From positions 32,001 through 96,000 of the IMG/VR virus record IMGVR_UViG_3300016476_000174: 64,000 nt of DNA. The stretch is one strand, 5' to 3'. Below the pieces are notes generated by a model. It saw nothing but the letters and a program-made list of their open reading frames with translations, ran no database searches and was not told the DNA's origin. Numbering within the stretch: the first letter of the stretch is position 1; every line of letters begins with the position of its first letter. The DNA comes from a virus. The position numbers and the translations under genes were made by a program. Below are positions 37,456 to 47,372 of this stretch, one piece after another.

Positions 37456-40400
37456 TTATTTATTGTCTACTAAATATTCTATCTGTTTTTTAAGATCTTC
37501 AATCTGAGTTTGTTGTTCTTTAATAGCTTCAATTAAAACAGGAACAAGACGCTCATATTTTACTGTCATATAGTTTTCACCACTTTTTGAGTTACCTGTT
37601 AATGGATCTCTATCAAAAGGAGCAGGTGCTACAACTTCTGGGAATACAGCTTTTATTTCTTGAGCAATTACACCAAGTCTTTGTTCTTGTGTTTCAGCAG
37701 CACCTAAAGTCATGGCTAACTGATTAGCTGTATATGTATAACCACCAATCTGTTTAATCTTATCAATTACATTTTCTAAAGGCTTAATATTTTCCTTTAA
37801 ACGTTCATCAGAATAATAAGCTGTAACATCACCACCAAAATACCCAGCACCAGCTGCTTGAAGATAACTTTCAGAATATAATAAACCACTAACATAGTGA
37901 GCTCCGTTTGTTCTTGCTCTATATCCAGAAGATGTTGTAGAACCTCCTAGTCCTAAACAACCATTTCCTTTACTCCAGTAAAAATGCCATCCATCACCGT
38001 TTTGTTGATAAAGTCCACCATTACCATTTTCATACATTAAATTATTCCAATAACCTTGTGGGTCAATAATGTTAATACCACCATAACCATTTTTATTATA
38101 TCCAAAAAGTTCCCATGTACCATAACTTGCTGAAACTGATCTTCTAAAGTGGCAACCATAATCTTGATTATATAGACCACTATCTCCATAACTTCTAAAC
38201 CAGTTATTTGAATACACTGCACCAAAAGATGGATTAGTTTTATCAAATCCAGAAAGGTTATCTGCAGAACCAGCAGTATTAGCATAACTTACTGATTGTG
38301 AACCAATATTAGCATTTGAAATAGCATACACCCAAGATTGAAAAGTTCCAGATCCTTGATAACTTCTAAACCATAAATTATTATCATAGTAACTCATTGC
38401 TATTTGAAAACCATGATAGTTACCTTGATTACTATGTCTTACATTAACAGAGTTATACCATGTTTGTGAAGGCCAGTTAGAACCACCACCACCATTCTCA
38501 TAGAAACCTGAATTTCTCCATTCATTAGCATTACTATGAGATTCTATTAAAGAAGCAGATGTCATCCAACCCGGTCTTCCAGATACGTTACCCCAAGCCA
38601 CATTGTTTGCAGTACTCGCAGTTGTAGCAGTACTTGCACTTGTTGCAGATCCTGCACTATTAGCATATCGCACACCTAAATCAGATGGTTCTACCCAACC
38701 TGAACCTGAGTATGCCCCATTGTTATAAACGTAACGAGAGTAGTCTACATAGTTTCTACCCTCACCACGAGAAATAGCTACACGTGAACCTGAGTCATAA
38801 AGTGCTGGAGCTCTTACATCATCTCTTGCTCTAATAGAACCAGAAATAGCTGCTAAGAATGTACCGTTCTCCATTACAAGAAGACCGTGAGTATTTAAGT
38901 TTGCTGCTACACCTCCAGCATTTGGATGGGACCAAGCTAAACCATATAAGGAACCTGTTGTAGAACCATCAATTGCTAACTTGTAAGCATTACCCATTGC
39001 AAAAATACCCTGATATCTAGTAGATGAATAAACACCAACTATAGAACATCCATAGTTCCAATCAAGATATAAGTTATCACTACTGTTTATTCTTAAATAG
39101 TTAAACTCTCTTTGAGACGTTGTAGCAGAGTTACCACTAATACTAGCAGAAGAAGTTATATAACCTGAATCATTAGTAAAAGAAGAAACAGTTGTAGGTC
39201 GTCCAGAAACGTTTGTCCAAGCTACACTAGATGCTGATGATGCATTACCAGATAATGATCCACTAAATGTAGGAGCTGTTACTGTACCAGGAAATGATGT
39301 ATTACCAGAACCATCTAATAATGTAGCAGTTCTTGTAAGAGAACTAAATACTCCTGTATACTGACGTACATAAATAGGTTCTGTTCCATCATCTGCTGTA
39401 GCTATTTCTACCCAACCAGCATTAGATGCACCACCTACTCTTATTCTAAAAAAGTCATTATCTGCTATGGCAGCATATACTAAGTTAGTATCTCCATTAG
39501 CTCCAATTGTTTGACTAATTGCAGCTGCTGTACCAGATGACGTAATGTATCCAGAAGGATTAGTAGAATTGTAAGGAGTATATCCTAAAGCAGTTGTTAC
39601 CTGGCTAGATGTAATTCCTGTTAAATATGATTGAGCTGTTACCCAACTACGTAAAGCTATTGGCTCATCATCTATAGCAAATAAACCATCTGCTCTACCA
39701 CCAAATCTTTTTGCCCATCTATTACCCCAATGAAATGTAATTGCAGGACTATATGACCAAGCACTTTGTGTTTCTAATACATATCCTCTTTCTCTAATTT
39801 GTATAGCTCCACCATACACATCTGATCCAGTTGATGGAGTTACAATTTGTCCAGTCATTGTTCCTCCAACAAGAGGAAGTTTTGTACTATCAGCTGTTGC
39901 AATAGTCCAAGCTCTATCAGCAGAAAGATCGTATGCTGTTCCGTTAATAGTTATAGTTCTTGATTGAGGAACCTTAGTACCTATAGATGTTGTGATAGTT
40001 GTAGCAAAACTTGCATCATTACCAAGAGCTGCTGCTAATTCATTAAGAGTATCTAATGTAGCTGGTGCTGAGGCTACCAGATTAGAAATAGCTGTACCAA
40101 CATATGCTTCTGTAGCATATCCTGCTAATGAAGGTATATCTGTTGTAAAAGCTAGGGTACCGCTTCCATCTTTTAGGAATACATTTCTATTAGCAGTAAG
40201 TATATTAGTATTTAGTGTAAGGTTATAAGACCCACTTGTGTATGTAATATATCCACCGGTTAATGTAATACCATTACCAAATAACTGCTCATTACTAAAT
40301 GTCTTAATACCTGTAATAGTCTGTTGACCACTTAGTGTTACATAAGATCCAAGCTGAGTAGATACATAACTTTGTGTAGCATATGTTAATCCCGTTACAT

Positions 40401-40545
40401 ATGTACGTACCCATGCTGTAGTTGGTATACGAGCACTATTATCTGTACCAGAAGGTGTATGTAATAATACAATATTACCATCTAAGTCATAGCTTAGTAC
40501 ATTAGTTAAATGGGACGTCTGTCTATTTTTGTTCATATTACTCAA
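37456..40545 (-). CDS. Tail fibre with C-terminal peptidase S74 chaperone (1029 aa)
   Basis: APATLDTLNELAAALGND motif and C-terminal YSDERLKENI..GVIAQEI..FPEVV..VKYERLVPVLIEAIKEQQ. Confidence 0.85.
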   Translation of the reverse strand: MSNMNKNRQTSHLTNVLSYDLDGNIVLLHTPSGTDNSARIPTTAWVRTYVTGLTYATQSYVSTQLGSYVTLSGQQTITGIKTFSNEQLFGNGITLTGGYITYTSGSYNLTLNTNILTANRNVFLKDGSGTLAFTTDIPSLAGYATEAYVGTAISNLVASAPATLDTLNELAAALGNDASFATTITTSIGTKVPQSRTITINGTAYDLSADRAWTIATADSTKLPLVGGTMTGQIVTPSTGSDVYGGAIQIRERGYVLETQSAWSYSPAITFHWGNRWAKRFGGRADGLFAIDDEPIALRSWVTAQSYLTGITSSQVTTALGYTPYNSTNPSGYITSSGTAAAISQTIGANGDTNLVYAAIADNDFFRIRVGGASNAGWVEIATADDGTEPIYVRQYTGVFSSLTRTATLLDGSGNTSFPGTVTAPTFSGSLSGNASSASSVAWTNVSGRPTTVSSFTNDSGYITSSASISGNSATTSQREFNYLRINSSDNLYLDWNYGCSIVGVYSSTRYQGIFAMGNAYKLAIDGSTTGSLYGLAWSHPNAGGVAANLNTHGLLVMENGTFLAAISGSIRARDDVRAPALYDSGSRVAISRGEGRNYVDYSRYVYNNGAYSGSGWVEPSDLGVRYANSAGSATSASTATTASTANNVAWGNVSGRPGWMTSASLIESHSNANEWRNSGFYENGGGGSNWPSQTWYNSVNVRHSNQGNYHGFQIAMSYYDNNLWFRSYQGSGTFQSWVYAISNANIGSQSVSYANTAGSADNLSGFDKTNPSFGAVYSNNWFRSYGDSGLYNQDYGCHFRRSVSASYGTWELFGYNKNGYGGINIIDPQGYWNNLMYENGNGGLYQQNGDGWHFYWSKGNGCLGLGGSTTSSGYRARTNGAHYVSGLLYSESYLQAAGAGYFGGDVTAYYSDERLKENIKPLENVIDKIKQIGGYTYTANQLAMTLGAAETQEQRLGVIAQEIKAVFPEVVAPAPFDRDPLTGNSKSGENYMTVKYERLVPVLIEAIKEQQTQIEDLKKQIEYLVDNK

Positions 40546-40891
40546 TAGGTTTTGGGTATTTAGCCTTTACTGCTAAACATTTAGCTATATAATTATCTAA
40601 CTGAACTTGATCACCTTTAACTACAGCATCTATATAATCTGTAATAGGGGGATATTCAAATTTACGTTTTTTTTGATAGTTTAAAGCATTATACTCTGCA
40701 ATCAACTCTGCACGTTTTTCTTCAATATCTATAGGTAATTCACCAAAAGGTGTTCCATCTAAATTTAAAAGTAATCCATTTGCAAATATTGCTTTAATAT
40801 TATACTTCTGATCTAAAACTGTTAGATCATCTATGTAATCTACATCTAGTATTATATTTTTTTCTGTCATTTTAATTTTTTTTAAATCCAA
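40538..40891 (-). CDS. Tail-fibre assembly/chaperone-like protein (up to 117 aa)
   Basis: C-terminal YQKKRKFEYPPI.D..DA..CLAVKAKYPKP motif. Directly follows a fibre gene. Confidence 0.6.
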   Translation of the reverse strand: MDLKKIKMTEKNIILDVDYIDDLTVLDQKYNIKAIFANGLLLNLDGTPFGELPIDIEEKRAELIAEYNALNYQKKRKFEYPPITDYIDAVVKGDQVQLDNYIAKCLAVKAKYPKPIE

Positions 40892-43248
40892 TATCCTTGA
40901 ATATATAAAGCCATGTAGTGAGTTCCTCCTGAATATCCTGATGCTAAGTTACAATATATTGTACCATTAGCATTGACATTAATAATACCATTATGCCAAC
41001 TACCATAGTAGTGAGGACCACCAGAAGACCCTGATGCAATTGATGCATCTCCATCATGTTCCATTACAAAAGAACCATAATCAGCTCTTGTAAAAGTATT
41101 ACTATCATACGGATATCCACCATTTGTTCCTGCCCATGGATAAGGAGTTTGATCATTACTAATACCAAACCAAGCAGTAGCATGATCACCTTGTCCAGCT
41201 GCCGCACCATAATTTCTAACATGATACCATCCAACAACTGAAATTGCTTTTACACCTGAAGGTAGTCCTAAACCAGTTGTTGATATTGTTGTTTGAGTAT
41301 TACCAGTAACACTAGTGCTCCAACCTATACAAGATGTTAGTTGAACAAAAGTAAGACCTTTATAATTACTACTATTAATAACATTACCAGAAAAAGTAGT
41401 AGTACCATTTTTCATAAACATAGTACCAGCATTATAACCAGTACCAATAACTAATGTATCTCTTGCATTACCATATGCTCCCATACCAACAACCCCAACA
41501 TTGGTATAGTTACCATTATTTACACCACTACCGCCATTTGACAAAAGTATAGTAGCTTCTGTACTAGTTGTAGAAGCATTAATTTGAAACTGACCATAAC
41601 CACCATCATCAGATGTATGAATTATTTTACCACCACTAACGTGCAACTTAGCAACTGGATTTGACGTTCCAACACCAAAACTACCATATCCAAGGTTAAC
41701 ATAATTATTACCATTACCTCTAAATTCATTGTTAATAGTACCATTGGCATAGTAGTTTCTAATGACTGAACCATAACCACTACCACCTGATATATATGTA
41801 TAATCAGAACCACCATGGGCACCAACTACCATTTCATTAGCAACAGAAAGTTTCCAAGTAGTAGTTGTTGTACCTACACCTAAATTACCATTTGTTCCAA
41901 TTCTTATATTTTCAGAACCATCAATACCTAATTTAATAGGTTGAGAATAAGAAGTAATTAACATTGGTCTACCACCACTTCCTTCAATTCTATTATTAAC
42001 AGTATCCCATTGACCAAACTGCATATTACCACCTGTACTACTCTGAACTCTAAAAGCAGTTTCTGATGCATATATATGTAAAGAGCCAGTTGGAGCATTT
42101 GTGCCTATACCTATATTACCTACTCCATTTACAACTAACCCTATAGAAGTAACTTGTCCACCAGTAGGACTATATACTTGTAATGCTAAATAATCACTAG
42201 TATTTGTTGTACTACCAGTATGTTGAAACTGATAAGCATGTTTACCTGAATCATATATAAGACCAGTTGCTACTTTTCTATTCCAAGCAAGAGATGCTGT
42301 ACCTATTGATACTTTTTCTGTTAAAGCACCAAAAACTACCTCACCAACTACATCTAATTTATCTATTGGAGTAGTAGTACCTATACCAACTCTACCTGTA
42401 CCAACAACATTTAATATATCATCGTTACCCCAAAAACCAATACCTACATAGTTTGATGTTGAACTGTATCCTTTATAAGTATATCTAAAGTTTGCAGTGT
42501 TTAAAGAAGATAACTCTACACCAACAGTAAATGCATTTACTCCATCTATAGCAGCCGCTGGTTTAAGTAAAGCCATTGACGCAGCAGTTGTAGGTTCTAC
42601 TTGAACTTGATAATTTGAACTAACTACATGTAGTCTATAGCTGGGACTTCCTGTACCTATGCCTACATTATTTAAAAACGTTGCTCCACCTGTAGATGAT
42701 ATTGTAGCTACTGAACTATTATTTACAGTAAATGTAAAACCTTTATCAGCTGGATTATTAAAAGACAAGTATGGTCCAAAATTTCCTCCATTAATAGTAG
42801 AGCTAGCTTTTACAGAAGATGAAGCTCCCCAATCTGCACTAGTTAATAAAACTAAACCAACAGATCCAGAACCAATAAGATAACCACCTTGTACATATGA
42901 ACTACCTAATACAGTACTAGAAAAACTAGCAGACGTACCATTAAGTGCACCAGTTAATGTACCCCCACTAAGTGCTAGTTTAGTAGCAATACTATTAGTA
43001 ACAGTGGTAGAAAAGTTAGCATCATTACCTAATGCTGCGGCAAGTTCGTTAAGTGTATCTAATGCACCTGGAGCTGCGTTAACTAAATTACTTATCTGTG
43101 TAGTAACATAAGATTGTGTAGCATATGATCCTCCACCATTAGCTAATAAACTACCGGTCACAGTAAGGTTAGCTGGTAATATTATATTACCGCTTGCATC
43201 ATAGCTGATGAGATTTCTTAAAAAGCCTGTATCTTTAGCGTTACTCAT
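40882..43248 (-). CDS. Tail fibre (788 aa)
   Basis: APGALDTLNELAAALGNDANF motif, repeated GNVGIGTxxP..LHV units and a distinct C-terminal head domain. Confidence 0.8.
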   Translation of the reverse strand: MSNAKDTGFLRNLISYDASGNIILPANLTVTGSLLANGGGSYATQSYVTTQISNLVNAAPGALDTLNELAAALGNDANFSTTVTNSIATKLALSGGTLTGALNGTSASFSSTVLGSSYVQGGYLIGSGSVGLVLLTSADWGASSSVKASSTINGGNFGPYLSFNNPADKGFTFTVNNSSVATISSTGGATFLNNVGIGTGSPSYRLHVVSSNYQVQVEPTTAASMALLKPAAAIDGVNAFTVGVELSSLNTANFRYTYKGYSSTSNYVGIGFWGNDDILNVVGTGRVGIGTTTPIDKLDVVGEVVFGALTEKVSIGTASLAWNRKVATGLIYDSGKHAYQFQHTGSTTNTSDYLALQVYSPTGGQVTSIGLVVNGVGNIGIGTNAPTGSLHIYASETAFRVQSSTGGNMQFGQWDTVNNRIEGSGGRPMLITSYSQPIKLGIDGSENIRIGTNGNLGVGTTTTTWKLSVANEMVVGAHGGSDYTYISGGSGYGSVIRNYYANGTINNEFRGNGNNYVNLGYGSFGVGTSNPVAKLHVSGGKIIHTSDDGGYGQFQINASTTSTEATILLSNGGSGVNNGNYTNVGVVGMGAYGNARDTLVIGTGYNAGTMFMKNGTTTFSGNVINSSNYKGLTFVQLTSCIGWSTSVTGNTQTTISTTGLGLPSGVKAISVVGWYHVRNYGAAAGQGDHATAWFGISNDQTPYPWAGTNGGYPYDSNTFTRADYGSFVMEHDGDASIASGSSGGPHYYGSWHNGIINVNANGTIYCNLASGYSGGTHYMALYIQGYWI

Positions 43249-43250
43249 AA

Positions 43251-43370
43251 TTAGTTATTTTCTAGTATCCAAATTCCATTTGTATATACGTACCACTTAT
43301 TATCTGCCCAAAGTACTCTATCTCCTTCTTTAACTTCTGGAAATTGAACTGTATTTATATCTTTTATCAT
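43251..43370 (-). CDS. Small ORF (39 aa) below the track cutoff: MIKDINTVQFPEVKEGDRVLWADNKWYVYTNGIWILENN
   Basis: ATG at 43370 and TAA at 43251. Fills the gap between two fibre genes. Confidence 0.55.
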   Translation of the reverse strand: MIKDINTVQFPEVKEGDRVLWADNKWYVYTNGIWILENN

Positions 43371-43382
43371 AATATATTAATT

Positions 43383-45767
43383 TTAATAAACACCTGATGT
43401 ACTTCCAGAACTAGTTGCTGCTATAACAGTTTTATCTCTAAACGGATATTCATATGCTTGATACCAATCAATTGTTAAACTATTATACGATCCTCCACCA
43501 CAGTTAACTACTAATACTACATAACCATCACTAGAAACATATACGTTTGCAAAAAGATTACCATTAGATGCTGTATTATAAATTGATCCGCTCCAGTTAT
43601 GAAAACCAACCATTCCTTCTCTTACCATAGCACTATATGTATAAAAATATCCTTTAAACAAAGACATTGTATATTCAGTATTACCATAAGGACTTCCTCC
43701 TCCCCACATATTAGTTTTAATATGCCAATATGATGTTCCATCTGGAGGTGTAGCCTCATACCAACTATGAATTGTGCGTTTAGTTTGTAAAGAACCTCCA
43801 ACATTAAGTTTCGGATATGTTGGAACACCAGCTGCTATAGCTACAGCACCAGATCCATGAACTGTTAATTTGCTTCTAAATGTAGTTCCATCATAACTAC
43901 CAATTACGTATCGTCCAATATCACTACCACCATATGCAAAGAAGGCTCCAGCTCCATAACTTACACCGTCTAAGTCTACACCAAAACCACTTTGGTTGCC
44001 TGTGCCGCCATTATAAACTAATAATTTACGTCCACCTGTTGGTCCTAAGTCTAAAAGAGCTCCAGGAGAAGTTGTACCTAATCCTACATATCCATTACTT
44101 AGTATTTGCAACCATACACTTGATCCATATCCCTCATTAGTAAAGGCAAATCCATTTGCGTTAAATCTATGTTCTGCACCATTAGCATACATTCTAGTTG
44201 TCCAACTACCAATACTTCCACTATTATGTCCAAAGTAAAAATAATTACTACCTCTTAAACCCATGTGCCCATTTACATCAAATTTAGTAGCAGGATCTGT
44301 AGTATTTATACCAACATTACCGCCTGATGCAAATCTCACTATAGTACCTACTGAAGTGTCAAAATCAATATTATTAGCTACTGCCATAGAACCAATATGA
44401 ATTCTATTAGTTCCTGAGTCTTGACCAATAATCCAGTTTTGAGCTGTACCTGCTCTTAAAGCATTATCTTGACTCATTAATATTGAACCACGTACATCTA
44501 ATTTTTGTAAAGGACTAGTTGTACCGATGCCCATATCACCAGCTCCTGTAATACGAGCTCTTTCTCCAGCTGATACACCAGATAAATGAGTATTAAATAT
44601 AATAACGTCTTCTCCAGTTGTAGAATAAAATTCTACAGAAGAATAAAATACACCTGTTGCTGCTCTTTGTTTACCTATTAATGATGATGCACTATTTAAG
44701 TATTCACCTAAACGGATATTTCCACCATTAATATCTAACTTAGATACAGGTGCTACTGTACCAATTCCTACATTACCAGCTGTACTTAATGCAAAATGTG
44801 GATTGTCTAAACCAGCTCCTGCTCTTATTACAAACACAGGTGTTGAATGACTCACCCCCATGCTAAAAGTATTAACACCAGAAGAGTTAACATACTCTGT
44901 CCATGTCCAACTACCTGATGCAGAAGCCTTTAATCTTAATGATGGATTTGTACCATAAATAGTTAAACCTTGATATGTATTATCGGGTGTTGTACCTATT
45001 CCAATATTAGCAGCAAAAGTTGCATTACCATTTCCAGCATTAATAATTAAGTCACCACCTCGTGCAGAGTTATTAGCTATTATATATAAATTACCATCTT
45101 GTCCTGTACCAAAATATGAACTAGATGAACCTCCAGAATTTACCCATTGACGTACTCTTATAAAAGCCTGATTACCTGTAGTATAATCAGTATTTTGAAA
45201 CTGAGCAATAGTCTTAAATGCACCAGAAGTTGATGTTACTAAGTCTAATGGAAAAGTTGGTGCAGATGATGTACCAATAGCTACACTACTACTAAATGAA
45301 GCTCCTGAGTTATTTACTGTAATTAAAGAAAATCCAGTAGTATTACTACCACCATATACTAAATAAGGCTGATATTTTGATGTAGAACTATTATATGCTT
45401 GTATAAACCCACCAGATGAATCTGCACTAACTTCAGCATAATATGCTTGTGATCCAAAAAATCTAGCATTAGTTCCACTTAATTGACCGCTAAGAGTTCC
45501 TCCAGATAAGTTTAATTTAGTGGCTAAACTATTTGTAACTGTAGTGGCAAAAGAAGCATCATTATTAAGAGCAGCAGATAATTCAGCTAATGTATCAAGG
45601 GCAGTAGGTGCAGCATTTACTAGATTAGATATAGCAGTGGTTACATATGATTGTGTGGCATATGTAGCTCCTGCCGGACCTATTAAAGATCCAGTAATAA
45701 CAATGTTACCACTACCATCTACTGATAGATAGTTAATTAGTTCTGATATCTGTGTATTCTTACTCAT
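43383..45767 (-). CDS. Tail fibre (794 aa) whose C-terminal domain is homologous to the three small upstream paralogs
   Basis: APTALDTLAELSAALNND motif, GNVGIGT repeats and C-terminal YWHIKTN..VYVSSDGYV..SGVY. Confidence 0.8.
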   Translation of the reverse strand: MSKNTQISELINYLSVDGSGNIVITGSLIGPAGATYATQSYVTTAISNLVNAAPTALDTLAELSAALNNDASFATTVTNSLATKLNLSGGTLSGQLSGTNARFFGSQAYYAEVSADSSGGFIQAYNSSTSKYQPYLVYGGSNTTGFSLITVNNSGASFSSSVAIGTSSAPTFPLDLVTSTSGAFKTIAQFQNTDYTTGNQAFIRVRQWVNSGGSSSSYFGTGQDGNLYIIANNSARGGDLIINAGNGNATFAANIGIGTTPDNTYQGLTIYGTNPSLRLKASASGSWTWTEYVNSSGVNTFSMGVSHSTPVFVIRAGAGLDNPHFALSTAGNVGIGTVAPVSKLDINGGNIRLGEYLNSASSLIGKQRAATGVFYSSVEFYSTTGEDVIIFNTHLSGVSAGERARITGAGDMGIGTTSPLQKLDVRGSILMSQDNALRAGTAQNWIIGQDSGTNRIHIGSMAVANNIDFDTSVGTIVRFASGGNVGINTTDPATKFDVNGHMGLRGSNYFYFGHNSGSIGSWTTRMYANGAEHRFNANGFAFTNEGYGSSVWLQILSNGYVGLGTTSPGALLDLGPTGGRKLLVYNGGTGNQSGFGVDLDGVSYGAGAFFAYGGSDIGRYVIGSYDGTTFRSKLTVHGSGAVAIAAGVPTYPKLNVGGSLQTKRTIHSWYEATPPDGTSYWHIKTNMWGGGSPYGNTEYTMSLFKGYFYTYSAMVREGMVGFHNWSGSIYNTASNGNLFANVYVSSDGYVVLVVNCGGGSYNSLTIDWYQAYEYPFRDKTVIAATSSGSTSGVY

Positions 45768-46054
45768 TAGTTACTAGGCTTTGGATTATTATCTTTTACT
45801 TCTTTAACAGTATTAAACCAAGTTCCTTCAGTGGATATAGTACCTGTAGTATTTAATTCATGCCATAACATATCTAACTGATTAGTTATAGCTGGATATG
45901 AATTCATACGCTGTACATCATAAGGCATAACATAGTTTGGATCTGGTAATGGAATTTCATTTTCTTGTATTTCCACCCAATCCTGTCCTATCTCACCAGT
46001 AATATGCCAGTGAATATCTCCATTAGAATCTCTATACTTTTTATAATCCATCAT
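45767..46054 (-). CDS. Tail-fibre assembly/chaperone-like protein (95 aa)
   Basis: RMNSYPAITNQLDMLWHE..VKEVKDNNPKP, the same motif family as 40538..40891. Confidence 0.6.
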   Translation of the reverse strand: MMDYKKYRDSNGDIHWHITGEIGQDWVEIQENEIPLPDPNYVMPYDVQRMNSYPAITNQLDMLWHELNTTGTISTEGTWFNTVKEVKDNNPKPSN

Positions 46055-46064
46055 ATCTTTAGTT

Positions 46065-46511
46065 TTAATAATAGTTACCTGATGTTGAGTTTTGTGACGA
46101 TGCTGTAATAGTTACATTTTGTTGAGTAGCATCTAATCTACAAGCATATGCATTAAGTGTAAATCCTAAATAATACATACCTGCAGAATAACCTCTTATA
46201 CAAATATAACCATCACTTGACACATACATACCATCTGCACTCATTCCTCCATATATATTTGCTACACCACTTTGTTGCAAACTTCCTTGATAACAGTATA
46301 TCCCCCAAGCACATCTTATTGGAGCAGCTCCACCGTATGCATAACCTACTGCCTCAAACATCCACATAGAGTCCTGTGAAGGTGCATATATATTAGTTTT
46401 CATATGCACATAGTTAGGAGATCCAGCAGTTGTATAAAAGTTGTATATACTCCTTTGTTGAAGATGCCAACTATTATACGGATGTATTCTTAATGGTGCT
46501 GCTATATTCAT
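46065..46511 (-). CDS. Adhesin-like paralog 3 (148 aa)
   Basis: YVHMKTN, MFEAVGYAYG, IRCAW, SADGMYVSSDGYICIR, LNAY, SGNYY. Confidence 0.65.
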   Translation of the reverse strand: MNIAAPLRIHPYNSWHLQQRSIYNFYTTAGSPNYVHMKTNIYAPSQDSMWMFEAVGYAYGGAAPIRCAWGIYCYQGSLQQSGVANIYGGMSADGMYVSSDGYICIRGYSAGMYYLGFTLNAYACRLDATQQNVTITASSQNSTSGNYY

Positions 46512-46513
46512 AA

Positions 46514-46945
46514 TTAATAATATGCTCCAGAATTATTATTTTGTGAACTCCTTCTAACTCCTATGTTTACTTGAGCTCCGTTACCAGCTGTTGGATAAGC
46601 ATTTAAGTTTAAACAAGTGTAATGTTGTCCAGGTAAATAAACTCTTATACAATAGTAACCTGATGCTCCATAATAACCTCCATCAGCAGAAGCACCGTTA
46701 TAGTTTGTATTTGCAACATTACCTATAAAATATGCATATCCATAATGGTTCCATGCACATCTAATAGGTTTTGCTGTACCGTAACAATACCCTACAGCTT
46801 CTATCATCATCATTACATATGAGTAATTACTTAAATTAGTTTCAATATGTAGATATGATCCACCACCACTAACAGTATTTACGGCATATATACCATACTG
46901 CTGCATGCCACTTTCTATATTTGTAGGAGATGCTAAGTTTGCCAT
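46514..46945 (-). CDS. Adhesin-like paralog 2 (143 aa)
   Basis: YLHIETN, MIEAVGYCYG, IRCAW, SADGGYYGASGYYCIR, LNAY, SGAYY. Confidence 0.65.
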   Translation of the reverse strand: MANLASPTNIESGMQQYGIYAVNTVSGGGSYLHIETNLSNYSYVMMMIEAVGYCYGTAKPIRCAWNHYGYAYFIGNVANTNYNGASADGGYYGASGYYCIRVYLPGQHYTCLNLNAYPTAGNGAQVNIGVRRSSQNNNSGAYY

Positions 46946-46946
46946 A

Positions 46947-47372
46947 TCAATAATAATTACCAGAGTTTGAAGTTTGAACTACTGCTGTAAATGTTACATC
47001 AGCATTAAATCCAGCTGGGCATACTGTATAAGCATTAAAACACCATCCACTAAAATAAGAAGCACAGTTTGCTCTTATACAAACATATCCATCTGATGAT
47101 ACATATACTCCGTCTGCACTTAATCCAGGATATACATTAGCTGTTCCTGCTTGTGCTAAATAACTATAAGAATAAAAAACCCAACTTGATCTTATAGATT
47201 GATTAGCACCGTATGCATATCCAATAGCTTCTATCATTACCATAACATATGTTGATAAAGCTATATTAGTTTTATAGTGAAAATAGTTATCTCCACCGTA
47301 AAATCTATGTTGGAAAAAGTCATACTTAACTCCAACACCACTTATTCTTGTACTAGGAGTTAAGTTTGCCAT
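46947..47372 (-). CDS. Adhesin-like paralog 1 (141 aa)
   Basis: YFHYKTN, MIEAIGYAYG, IRSSW, SADGVYVSSDGYVCIR, FNAY, SGNYY. Confidence 0.65.
   Translation of the reverse strand: MANLTPSTRISGVGVKYDFFQHRFYGGDNYFHYKTNIALSTYVMVMIEAIGYAYGANQSIRSSWVFYSYSYLAQAGTANVYPGLSADGVYVSSDGYVCIRANCASYFSGWCFNAYTVCPAGFNADVTFTAVVQTSNSGNYY

Noticed and set aside
43383-47372. Diversity-generating retroelement or invertible shufflon acting on the adhesin paralogs
   Set aside because: No reverse transcriptase or recombinase in the window, no near-identical repeat pair differing only at adenines, all copies co-oriented, and paralogs diverged throughout.
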